38,404 bases of DNA from Candidatus Uhrbacteria bacterium RIFOXYB12_FULL_58_10 (GTDB taxonomy: Bacteria; Patescibacteriota; Patescibacteriia; UBA9934; GWF2-40-263), in contig CALRGA010000003.1 of the NCBI GenBank assembly GCA_943357025.1, positions 1 through 38,404 of the forward strand, given 5' to 3'. The notes beneath the pieces were generated by a model that was given only the letters and a program-made list of their open reading frames with translations, was not told the origin of the DNA and ran no database searches. The position numbers were made by a program, and so were the translations under genes. The number at the start of each line of letters is the position of its first letter. Positions within the stretch are counted from its first letter, which is position 1. This document shows positions 1 through 7,546 of the stretch, piece after piece.

Positions 1-43
1 ATTTGATGTGTCGGTCCGCCGGCATGTAGGGATAGTCGGGCAT
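1..43 (-). CDS. 5' end of a gene running off the window (MPDYPYMPADRHIK...); possibly a cytidine/dCMP-deaminase-family protein
   Basis: ATG at 43, 9 nt after the upstream TAA at 53-55, in the same - strand run as thyA-like/folA. Only 14 codons are visible; the deaminase idea rests on my recollection of YPYxPxxRxIxY N-termini in CPR deaminases and on context. Confidence 0.4.
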   Translation of the reverse strand, partial: MPDYPYMPADRHIK

Positions 44-52
44 AGGAAGAAA

Positions 53-508
53 TTATTTTTCTGTCACTTCCCCCTCGTGCTCGGCGTTCCATTGGTTGAC
101 GGATCGCTGGAGGACGTCGACGGCATGGGAGTCGAGGACGTGTGCCGGGCGTAGCTTTGACGGGTTGTTTGTCGCGTGATGGATCTTTGTCACGTGAAAA
201 AAACCGTTATCGTTCCATTTGTCGAACGCCACGCGGAGGATGATCGGCACGTCGATTCCTTTCCGGCCCGACGAAAGTCCGTTTCCGAACGCGACGATCT
301 GACCGGTCATCCGGTCCACCAGCGCGTTCGCCCCGGCCGCCGGATACTTCTTTCCCGCGACGGCCACCTCCCCCGCGTTCCCGCCGATCGATTCCGACAC
401 CAGCAGCCCCATCATCTCCCCGTTCATCTTCCCGACGTTCTCCGCGACGATCCGCGCCTTCTCGGATTCCGCGTCGATACCTGCCATGGCGTCGAATGAT
501 TCGGACAT
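53..508 (-). CDS. hypothetical protein (~151 aa)
   Basis: ORF 53..526; ATG at 508 lies 4 nt after the DHFR stop; no recognised motif. Confidence 0.7.
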   Translation of the reverse strand: MSESFDAMAGIDAESEKARIVAENVGKMNGEMMGLLVSESIGGNAGEVAVAGKKYPAAGANALVDRMTGQIVAFGNGLSSGRKGIDVPIILRVAFDKWNDNGFFHVTKIHHATNNPSKLRPAHVLDSHAVDVLQRSVNQWNAEHEGEVTEK

Positions 509-512
509 ATCG

Positions 513-1025
513 TTATTTCCGTTCAAAACAAAGCAGGACCCCGCCCCCGAGCGGCCTCGACTCGACCAGCTTCAGATCGATCCTCCCGAATCCATCCCCG
601 AGCGGCACGCCGGCTCCGAACAGGACGGGCTCGACGGTCAAAAACAGCTCGTCGACGAGGCCGGCCGCGAGGAATTGCGAGTAGACCGTCGCACCGCCGC
701 AAACCGCGAGGCCCGCGAGCCCCTTCGCCGAAAGTCGCGCGACCAGCTCGGCCGGCGTCTCCCGCGTCCACTCGACCCCGTCGCGCCCCTCGAATTTTTC
801 CGTCTCCGACCCGCCCGTCGACGACATCACGATCGTCCGGCGATCCTTCAGCGGCCGCCCGATCGTCTCGAACGTCTTCCGTCCCATCACGACCGCGCCG
901 ACCTCCTTCGTCTTCTCGACGAAAAACCTCGTGTCTTCCTTGCTCGTCCAGTCGAGCGACAGATGATTCGACGACTGCGCGATCTTTCCGTCCGCGGAAA
1001 TGGCGGCGATGAGGGTTATTTTCAT
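513..1025 (-). CDS. folA: dihydrofolate reductase (DHFR/RibD-C fold)
   Basis: MKITLIAAISADGKIA, DWTSKED, VMGRKTFETIGRPL, CGGATVY, VDELFLTVEP; ATGA overlap with the ThyA-like stop. Confidence 0.88.
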   Translation of the reverse strand: MKITLIAAISADGKIAQSSNHLSLDWTSKEDTRFFVEKTKEVGAVVMGRKTFETIGRPLKDRRTIVMSSTGGSETEKFEGRDGVEWTRETPAELVARLSAKGLAGLAVCGGATVYSQFLAAGLVDELFLTVEPVLFGAGVPLGDGFGRIDLKLVESRPLGGGVLLCFERK

Positions 1026-1855
1026 ACGGCGATTTGTACTTTCATCATCGGCGCTCCCGGCGAATACTGCGACTGGAACATCTCGACGAGCTCCGAGACG
1101 AGCGAGGCATCGGCGTCGAGGGCGCGTTGGAACGAGCGGGCCGGAAGGCGACAGAGGATCTCGGGATGCGCGACGGATTCGCGGGAAAGGATGTCCTCGA
1201 CGGCTTGGAACTGGTTCTCGTAGATGTGAGCGTGGGAGATGGAGATCGTGAGCTTGCCGACGGCCACGTCGAGCTCCTGGGCGAGCATAGCCTGGAGGAG
1301 GGCGAAGTCGGCGGTGTCGTTGGGGTTGCCGAGGACCATGTCGTTCGAGCGCATGATCATGTGGAGGTTGAGCTTTCCGCCGATGATGTTCGCCGTCCAG
1401 GTGAACGGGCACGGGACGTTTTTCTTTTTGGGCGCGCGCAGGCCGTCGCTGGACGGGTCCCACATCATGACGACGCCCTGCCGGCTGCTCGGCTCCTCGC
1501 GAAGGTGCTCGACGAGGTCGAGGAGCTGGTCGCGGCCGAAGTGGTGGCGCCAGCGGTAGCCGTAGGCGGTCTCGATGGTGCCGTCGTCCTCAAGGAAGCT
1601 GTCCCAGCCCTTGGTGAACTGCTGGAGGAATCCCGCGTGCTTGTGGCCGGCGATGAACCACACCGTCTCGGCGCAGAAGAACTTGGGGAACATCTTGCGG
1701 ACGGTGAGAAGCGGAAACCCCCTGGACGGCTCGATCTCGTAGGTGACCCCCGGGACGGCCCGCGTCGAAATTCCCGTCCGCTCGCTTTGGACGGTTTCGC
1801 CCTCCCGGTAGATGCGGCCGACGGTGTCGAGATAGAGGCGGTCAAAGGTGGTCAT
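1022..1855 (-). CDS. thyA: thymidylate synthase-fold enzyme, probable dCMP methylase (Asp at the Asn177 position)
   Basis: RTG, FPLLT, YGYRWR, DQL, catalytic PC (C149), RSND (R169), HIY; motif LGNPND rather than LGxPFN. Confidence 0.9.
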   Translation of the reverse strand: MTTFDRLYLDTVGRIYREGETVQSERTGISTRAVPGVTYEIEPSRGFPLLTVRKMFPKFFCAETVWFIAGHKHAGFLQQFTKGWDSFLEDDGTIETAYGYRWRHHFGRDQLLDLVEHLREEPSSRQGVVMMWDPSSDGLRAPKKKNVPCPFTWTANIIGGKLNLHMIMRSNDMVLGNPNDTADFALLQAMLAQELDVAVGKLTISISHAHIYENQFQAVEDILSRESVAHPEILCRLPARSFQRALDADASLVSELVEMFQSQYSPGAPMMKVQIAV

Positions 1856-1864
1856 ATCGCCCCC

Positions 1865-1915
1865 ATCCTACCAGACAAACCCCCTGTTTCCAACCGGGCC
1901 GATCTGGGCTAAGAT
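1865..1915. promoter_or_regulatory. back-to-back sigma70 promoters for thyA-like (-) and dut (+) with overlapping -35 boxes
   Basis: - strand TTGGAA(1893-1888)-17-TAGGAT(1870-1865, preceded by TG); + strand TTTCCA(1887-1892)-17-TAAGAT(1910-1915); each -10 is 9 nt from its ATG. Confidence 0.55.
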
Positions 1916-1924
1916 ACGTCCGTT

Positions 1925-2356
1925 ATGGACATCTCTGTGGATATCAAGAGGCTTGGCCCGGACGTGCCGGTCCCCGAGTACAAGACGATCGGCGCGATCG
2001 CGTTCGACATCGCGGTTTCCGAGGAAAAGACCATCCAGCCGGGCGAGACGGCATTTTTGTCGACGGGCCTGGTCGTCTGCACCCCGCCCGGGTACGGACT
2101 GATCCTCGCGGGACGATCCTCGAACGCCAAGAAACAGATTACGCTCGCGAACGGAATCGCGGTCATCGACCAGGATTACTGCGGGCCGGAAGACCAGCTG
2201 CTGCTTTCCGTCCGTAACGAGGGGTCGGCCGCCTATACGGTCGAGCGAGGCGAACGAATCGCGCAGGGACTCTTCGTCCCGATCGTCCGCGCGACGTTTC
2301 AGGACGTGGAGACTTTGTCCGCTCCCAGCCGCGGCGGATATGGAACGACCGGATAA
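1925..2356 (+). CDS. dut: trimeric dUTP diphosphatase
   Basis: All five motifs present: AFDI, GRSS, VIDQDYCG, ERIAQ, RGGYGTTG. Confidence 0.92.
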   Translation: MDISVDIKRLGPDVPVPEYKTIGAIAFDIAVSEEKTIQPGETAFLSTGLVVCTPPGYGLILAGRSSNAKKQITLANGIAVIDQDYCGPEDQLLLSVRNEGSAAYTVERGERIAQGLFVPIVRATFQDVETLSAPSRGGYGTTG

Positions 2357-2358
2357 TC

Positions 2359-2367
2359 TGGTATACT
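2359..2367 (+). promoter_or_regulatory. extended -10 promoter for tmk
   Basis: TGgTATACT right after the dut stop. Confidence 0.55.
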
Positions 2368-2371
2368 GAAG

Positions 2372-2449
2372 AGGTCAAAAGTCAAAGGTAAAAGGTAAAA
2401 AGTTAGGAAAATTCCAACCATTTGACCTTTGACACTTGACCTTTGACCT
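2372..2449. repeat. inverted repeat built from 7-nt units (GGTCAAA-like / TTTGACC-like)
   Basis: Left arm 2372-2400 AGGTCAAAAGTCAAAGGTAAAAGGTAAAA; right arm 2421-2449 TTTGACCTTTGACACTTGACCTTTGACCT; about 5 mismatches over 29 nt, 20-nt loop. Confidence 0.85.
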
Positions 2450-2453
2450 ACGT

Positions 2454-3164
2454 ATGCCGTCTCCTGGACGCTTCATCATGATCGACGGCATCGCGGGGAG
2501 CGGGAAATCGACCCTGCTTCGTGCCGCGGAAACGTGGGCCAGGGAGCGCGGACAGAAGGTGTTTGACATGCGGGAGTGGACCAAGTCGCACGCGGATCCG
2601 CCGACGTTCGACGAGGTGCGCGACTACGACGTGTTCTTCACCTACGAGCCGACGCGGCAGTGGGTGGGCGCCGCGATCCGCTTCGAGCTTTCCCGGACGG
2701 ACGTTCCGTACAACGGCGAGTCGCTCGCGCACGCGTTCGCGCTCGACCGGGAAATCATGTACAGGCGGCTCATCATTCCGGCGCTCGCGGCCGGCAAGAC
2801 GGTTTTCCAAGACCGCGGCGTGTGTACCTCCATCGTCTACCAGCCCATCATGCCCGGCGGCATCTCGCTCCTGCGCCTGCGCAAGCTGCCGGGAAACGCC
2901 CTGGCGCTCAGGCATCCGCCCACGGCGCTCATCATCACCGACCTCGACCCGGCCGTCGCGGCCGAACGCGTCAAGAAACGCGACGAAGAATCGAAAGGGG
3001 TGTTCGCGGACCTCGCGTTCCTCCGCCGCGTCACCAAGCGGTTCCGCTCCCGATGGTTCTCCTACCTCTTTCATCGCCTGGGCACCTCGGTCCACGCGTT
3101 CGACACCGACGTCCCGATGGACGAAATGGTCGCAAAGGCAAAAAAATTAATCGAATCGCTATGA
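2454..3164 (+). CDS. tmk: thymidylate (dTMP) kinase
   Basis: P-loop DGIAGSGKST, TYEPT, FALDR, QDRGVCTSIVYQ; next to dut/thyA. Confidence 0.88.
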   Translation: MPSPGRFIMIDGIAGSGKSTLLRAAETWARERGQKVFDMREWTKSHADPPTFDEVRDYDVFFTYEPTRQWVGAAIRFELSRTDVPYNGESLAHAFALDREIMYRRLIIPALAAGKTVFQDRGVCTSIVYQPIMPGGISLLRLRKLPGNALALRHPPTALIITDLDPAVAAERVKKRDEESKGVFADLAFLRRVTKRFRSRWFSYLFHRLGTSVHAFDTDVPMDEMVAKAKKLIESL

Positions 3165-4030
3165 AGCTCATTACCATCGGAGAACTCATCGACCGCTCGT
3201 GGGAGCACTACCACGCGGAATTCGCCAGCCTGATGGCCGTGTCCGGATGGATCCTCGTCATTGCCGCGTTCAACGTGGCGACCCTCGCGCTGTACCCGTC
3301 GGCCTCGAGGCTGATGACCGCGAACGCGACGCTCACGGGACCGGAGGCGGCCGGCGTTGCCATGTACGCGTTCTCGAACTGGATCCTCGGACCCCTGCTC
3401 GGCCTCGCGATCTTCGTCGGGCTCATCCGGCTCGTCCGCGGCCAGCTTTCCGGCAAGAAGACCTCCATGCGCGCCATCGTCGCGGAAACGAGGAAGTACT
3501 TCCTCCCCACCCTGGCCGTCACCGCCATGATCTTCGGGGTCCTCATCGCCACCGTGCTCATCGGATTCCTCCCCTCGGCCGTCCTCTCGCTCCTCGCGAC
3601 CTACACCAAGCTTGGGTTCCTGACCGTGATCGCCACGATCGCGCTCATCGTCGGGCTGCTTGTCTCGCTGGTTCTCGGCGTCCGCTGGTCCGTGCATTAT
3701 TACTTCGCCCCGTTCGCCCTCCTGGTCGACGACGTGCGCGGAAAGGCGTCCATGACCGCGGCGCGCAAGCTTGTCGAGGGACGGTTCTGGGGCGTCCTCA
3801 TCCGGCTCGCCATCCCAAAGATCGTGTTCGTCCTCGTCGGAGTCCTGCTCATGGCGCTCCTGCAGTTCATCTATTCCGTCGTGAGCAACGCGTTCTCCGG
3901 ACTCAGCCTCGACGTCCAGCTGCGCATCGGCACGGTGTTCGGATCCGTGCTTTCCACGGTCGTGGCCGCGCTCCTCAACCCGCTCATCGTCTCGTCCGAT
4001 TTGATGCTTTATCAGTCGCTCAAGCGCTAA
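3161..4030 (+). CDS. polytopic membrane protein (~6 TM)
   Basis: Real start MKLITIGELIDRSW at 3161 (ATGA overlap with tmk); hydrophobic helices; YFAPFALLVDDVRGKASMTAARKLVEGRFW. Confidence 0.8.
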   Translation: MKLITIGELIDRSWEHYHAEFASLMAVSGWILVIAAFNVATLALYPSASRLMTANATLTGPEAAGVAMYAFSNWILGPLLGLAIFVGLIRLVRGQLSGKKTSMRAIVAETRKYFLPTLAVTAMIFGVLIATVLIGFLPSAVLSLLATYTKLGFLTVIATIALIVGLLVSLVLGVRWSVHYYFAPFALLVDDVRGKASMTAARKLVEGRFWGVLIRLAIPKIVFVLVGVLLMALLQFIYSVVSNAFSGLSLDVQLRIGTVFGSVLSTVVAALLNPLIVSSDLMLYQSLKR

Positions 4031-4031
4031 T

Positions 4032-4745
4032 ATGACTTCCGTTCCCGACATTCTGCGCGCGTCCGTCCTTTTGTACCGAGCCCACGCGAAGCTGTTTGTC
4101 GGGTACGCCTCGTGGCTGCTGCTCTCCTACGCGGCAATCGTCCTTGCGACGCTCATTCCGAGCGAGAACTATCGATTGGGGATCGGCATCGCGCTCGATC
4201 TCGTAGACGGCGTGCTGTGGCTTTGGATCAGCGTCGTCACGACGGTCCTGGCGGTCCAGCTTCTCGACAAGAAGGAACCGGATCCAAACGCGCTTCCCTG
4301 GCTTTCGCTGTCCGTGCTCGGATCCTTCGTTTGGATCAGCCTCCTACAGGCGCTCACGATCGCCGGAGGAATCCTGATGTTCATCATCCCGGGCCTTATA
4401 TTCCTCGTCTGGTTCGGCTTTGCGACGCAGGCGCTACTGCTGGACGGAAAAAAGGGATTGGACGCGCTGTCTGCCAGCCGAGACCTCGCCAAGGGACGCT
4501 TTTGGACAGCCGCGCTTTACCAACTCGGAGGCCCCATTGTCTGCGGCGCCGCCTACCTAACCGCCCTCGCCGCGCTCTACCTCCTCGTTTCCTATCTTAC
4601 CAAAACCCCGGTTGATATCATCTTCGGCGAGAACCCGCCGCTCTGGGCCGGCATGCTAGAAACCGTCGGCAACATCTTCCTTCTCCCGCTGCTGAGCATC
4701 TACGGCGTGCTGGCGTACAGGGAAATGAAAAAAGAGAGAACTTAA
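4032..4745 (+). CDS. polytopic membrane protein, paralogue of the preceding gene
   Basis: Hydrophobic helices; FGFATQALLLDGKKGLDALSASRDLAKGRFW matches the neighbour's motif. Confidence 0.8.
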   Translation: MTSVPDILRASVLLYRAHAKLFVGYASWLLLSYAAIVLATLIPSENYRLGIGIALDLVDGVLWLWISVVTTVLAVQLLDKKEPDPNALPWLSLSVLGSFVWISLLQALTIAGGILMFIIPGLIFLVWFGFATQALLLDGKKGLDALSASRDLAKGRFWTAALYQLGGPIVCGAAYLTALAALYLLVSYLTKTPVDIIFGENPPLWAGMLETVGNIFLLPLLSIYGVLAYREMKKERT

Positions 4746-4747
4746 AT

Positions 4748-6220
4748 ATGCTCCAACCCGTCATCGGCCTCGAAATCCACCTCCAGCTCAAGACGAAGAC
4801 GAAGATGTTCTGCGCGTGCTCGGCCCACGAGGCCGCGGCGCCGAACGCCAACGTCTGCGCGATTTGCACCGGCCAGCCCGGCACCCTGCCCGTTCCGAAC
4901 GAGCAGGCGGTTCGGCTCGGGATCCGCATGGGCCTCGCGCTCAACTGCGCCATCGCGCCGCGCTCGAAGTTCGACCGCAAGCATTATTTTTATCCCGACC
5001 TTCCGAAGGCATATCAGATCTCACAGTACGACCTGCCGATCGCCGAGAAGGGATTCGTCATGGTCGGATCGCATCGGATCGGAATCACGCGCGCGCACCT
5101 CGAGGAGGACGCGGCCAAGAACCTCCATGGCGCGGACGGAAAGACGTACGTCGATTTCAACCGCGCGGGGACGCCGCTCATCGAGATGGTGACGGACCCG
5201 GACTTCGCGTCACCCGAGGAGGCGAAGTTTTTTCTGCAGGACCTGCGTCTGATGGCACGCTACCTCGGGGTTTCGGACGCGGACATGGAGAAGGGCCAGA
5301 TGCGCTGCGACGCGAACGTCTCGCTGCGGGAGGTCGACGACGCCGGAAACATCGTCGGGCCGAAGTTCCACCCGAAGACCGAGATAAAGAACATCAACTC
5401 GTTCCGCAACGTCGAGCGCGCGCTCCAGTTCGAGCTCAAGCGCCAGACGGACCTGTGGAACGCCGGATCGCCTCCTTCCGTCACCACGACGCGCGGATGG
5501 GACGACGCGACGCAGGGAACGAAGGAACAGCGCGTAAAGGAGGCCGAGGGCGACTATCGCTATTTTCCCGAGCCGGACATCCCGGTGCTCGATCTGGCCG
5601 CGATGGCGGAGGAGGAACGCCGCCGCATGCCGGAGCTGCCGGCGGCCCGGCGAGCGCGATTCGTCGAGGAGTACGGACTGAAGACGGACGACGCCCGGCA
5701 AATCTGCGAGGATCCCGCGCTGTCGGAGTTCACGGAGAATGTGTTCTCGGAGTTGGGCGGATGGCTGGCGACGAATAAGGAAAAAGTCGAGAAATCCAAG
5801 CTTGCGAACCTGGTCGCCGGGTGGCTCTTGTCCAAACTCGGCGGACTGCTCACTGAAAAGAACGTCGATGCGCGCTCGATGAAGATCGACGCGGAGAACT
5901 TCGCCGAGTTCATTTCCCTGCTCGCGTCGAACAAGCTCTCGTCGACGGCCGGGATGACCGTCCTGACCGAGATGCTCGAGACTGGCGCGGACCCGTCGGA
6001 CGTGATGGAGGAAAAGCATCTGGGAAACGTCTCGGACGCGTCCGTCATCGGCGAGATCGTCGAGCGCGTGATCGCGAACAATCCTGAGATCGTCGAGCGG
6101 TACAAGGCAGGAAAGAAGGAGCTCATCCAGGTGCTCGTCGGCCAGGTGATGCGGGAGACGGAAGGTGCCGTCGACGCGAAGATCGCGCGCGGCACGCTGC
6201 TGGCAAAGCTTGAGTCGTAA
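4748..6220 (+). CDS. gatB: Asp/Glu-tRNA amidotransferase subunit B
   Basis: VIGLEIHLQL, FDRKHYFYPDLPKAYQISQ, HLEEDAAK, DFNRAGTPLIE, MRCDANVS, EIKNINS, YRYFPEPD. Confidence 0.97.
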   Translation: MLQPVIGLEIHLQLKTKTKMFCACSAHEAAAPNANVCAICTGQPGTLPVPNEQAVRLGIRMGLALNCAIAPRSKFDRKHYFYPDLPKAYQISQYDLPIAEKGFVMVGSHRIGITRAHLEEDAAKNLHGADGKTYVDFNRAGTPLIEMVTDPDFASPEEAKFFLQDLRLMARYLGVSDADMEKGQMRCDANVSLREVDDAGNIVGPKFHPKTEIKNINSFRNVERALQFELKRQTDLWNAGSPPSVTTTRGWDDATQGTKEQRVKEAEGDYRYFPEPDIPVLDLAAMAEEERRRMPELPAARRARFVEEYGLKTDDARQICEDPALSEFTENVFSELGGWLATNKEKVEKSKLANLVAGWLLSKLGGLLTEKNVDARSMKIDAENFAEFISLLASNKLSSTAGMTVLTEMLETGADPSDVMEEKHLGNVSDASVIGEIVERVIANNPEIVERYKAGKKELIQVLVGQVMRETEGAVDAKIARGTLLAKLES

Positions 6221-6230
6221 TGGAAATCCT

Positions 6231-6584
6231 ATGGAACGAGCATTCAAAAAGACGATGGAAGCCGGGCCGATCCTGGACCCCGTCCTCGTCGATACGCTGA
6301 ATCAAATCGAGGCGACAAGGCTGGAATTGAACGACCGCGCCGAAACCCTTTCCGACCGGCACGAACGCCTCGAGGAGAACCTGGACGCGCTCCGGACGAT
6401 GATTGACTCCGCGGCACGATCCGGCGATCCCGAGCGGCTCAAGACCCTCGAGGCCGCGGCGCAGGCCGTCCTGTCGCGGATGAATTTCTTGCGCGATACG
6501 ATGCGAACCGTCCTCGACGAGATCGACGCGACCGACGATCATATCGACAGCCTCTTGCAGCTTCCCGTGCCGATCAACGAGTAA
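6231..6584 (+). CDS. hypothetical coiled-coil protein (~117 aa)
   Basis: ATG 10 nt after the gatB stop; heptad-rich helical sequence; fills the gap to miaA. Confidence 0.65.
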   Translation: MERAFKKTMEAGPILDPVLVDTLNQIEATRLELNDRAETLSDRHERLEENLDALRTMIDSAARSGDPERLKTLEAAAQAVLSRMNFLRDTMRTVLDEIDATDDHIDSLLQLPVPINE

Positions 6585-7527
6585 CCCACGCGCCGGCGAT
6601 TTCTAACGCCTCTTCCGACCGTTCTATCCACCTCACGCGGTCGTCGCGCCGAAACCAGGTCATCTGTCGCTTCGCATAGGCACGGGTGGCCTTTTTGGTT
6701 TCCTCCACTGCGTCGGCAATCGGACGCGAGCCGTCCAGAAACGCGCAAACCTGACGGTAGCCGATCCCCGTCATCGCCTCGTTGTCGCACCCGTATTTGT
6801 CCCGCAGCCGACGGACCTCGTTGACGAGCCCCGTGGCGACCATCGCCTCGACGCGGTCGTTGATGCGCGCGCTCAGGACGTCGCGGTCGACGAGGATCCC
6901 GATCTCGAGGAGGTCGTACTTCGACGTCCCGCGTTTCAGCTGCGACGAGAACGGCCTTCCCGTCGCGATCGTCACCTCGAGCGCGCGGACCACGCGGCGC
7001 TTGTTCTGGCGGTCGATGAGCTCGGCGCCGTCGGGGTCGAGGCGCTTGTACTCGGCGAACAGGTCGTCGAGATGCCGCGCCTCGAGTTTGTCGCGCAATT
7101 CGTCGTTGCGCGCCGTCTCGGTCAGGTTGAGATCGTCGACCACCGCGCGAACCCACAGTCCGGTCCCACCGACCAAGATCGGCAGCTTCCCTCGCTTGGA
7201 AATCTCGACGATCTTTTCCTCCGCGTATTTCTTAAAGTCCGCGACCGAATACTCCGCGTCCGGATCGACCAGATCGATTCCCCAGTGCGGGACCCCTTCG
7301 ACGACCAAATGGTGCTCGCTCGCGAAAAGCGTGCTAATTTTTTCCTTCGACCCCTCGACCCTTCGAACCTTATCTCCCTCCACCTTCCCCGTCCCAATAT
7401 CCATCCCCCGGTACACCTGCCTTGAGTCAACCGAAACGACCTCGCCGTCAAACCGTTTGGCGAGGTCGATTCCAAGTTGCGTCTTTCCGGACGCCGTGGG
7501 TCCGACAATGACGAGAAGCTTGCGCAT
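6574..7527 (-). CDS. miaA: tRNA dimethylallyltransferase
   Basis: VGPTASGKT, DSRQVYRGMDIGTGK, LVGGTGLW, RVVRALEV, IGYRQ, YAKRQMTWF. Confidence 0.96.
   Translation of the reverse strand: MRKLLVIVGPTASGKTQLGIDLAKRFDGEVVSVDSRQVYRGMDIGTGKVEGDKVRRVEGSKEKISTLFASEHHLVVEGVPHWGIDLVDPDAEYSVADFKKYAEEKIVEISKRGKLPILVGGTGLWVRAVVDDLNLTETARNDELRDKLEARHLDDLFAEYKRLDPDGAELIDRQNKRRVVRALEVTIATGRPFSSQLKRGTSKYDLLEIGILVDRDVLSARINDRVEAMVATGLVNEVRRLRDKYGCDNEAMTGIGYRQVCAFLDGSRPIADAVEETKKATRAYAKRQMTWFRRDDRVRWIERSEEALEIAGAWVTR
7344..7383. repeat. degenerate 8-nt tandem repeat in frame within miaA
   Basis: CCTTCGAC CCCTCGAC CCTTCGAA CCTTATCT CCCTCCAC, encoding VEGDKVRRVEGSK between GTGK and VPHW. Confidence 0.6.
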
Positions 7528-7546
7528 AGGATCGTTGGAAAAACGC

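Noticed and set aside
1022-2356. Prophage DNA-modification module
   Set aside because: No integrase, structural or phage replication genes; codon style and promoters match the host housekeeping genes
2372-2449. CtsR operator or CRISPR repeat
   Set aside because: The GGTCAAA-like units have a 7-nt period rather than the 3-nt-spaced CtsR heptads, they precede tmk rather than a stress gene, and there is no repeat-spacer structure
4748-6220. gatB without adjacent gatA/gatC; also ThrS lacking TGS and the PheS CxxC insert
   Set aside because: Known, common variations; not evidence of a new system
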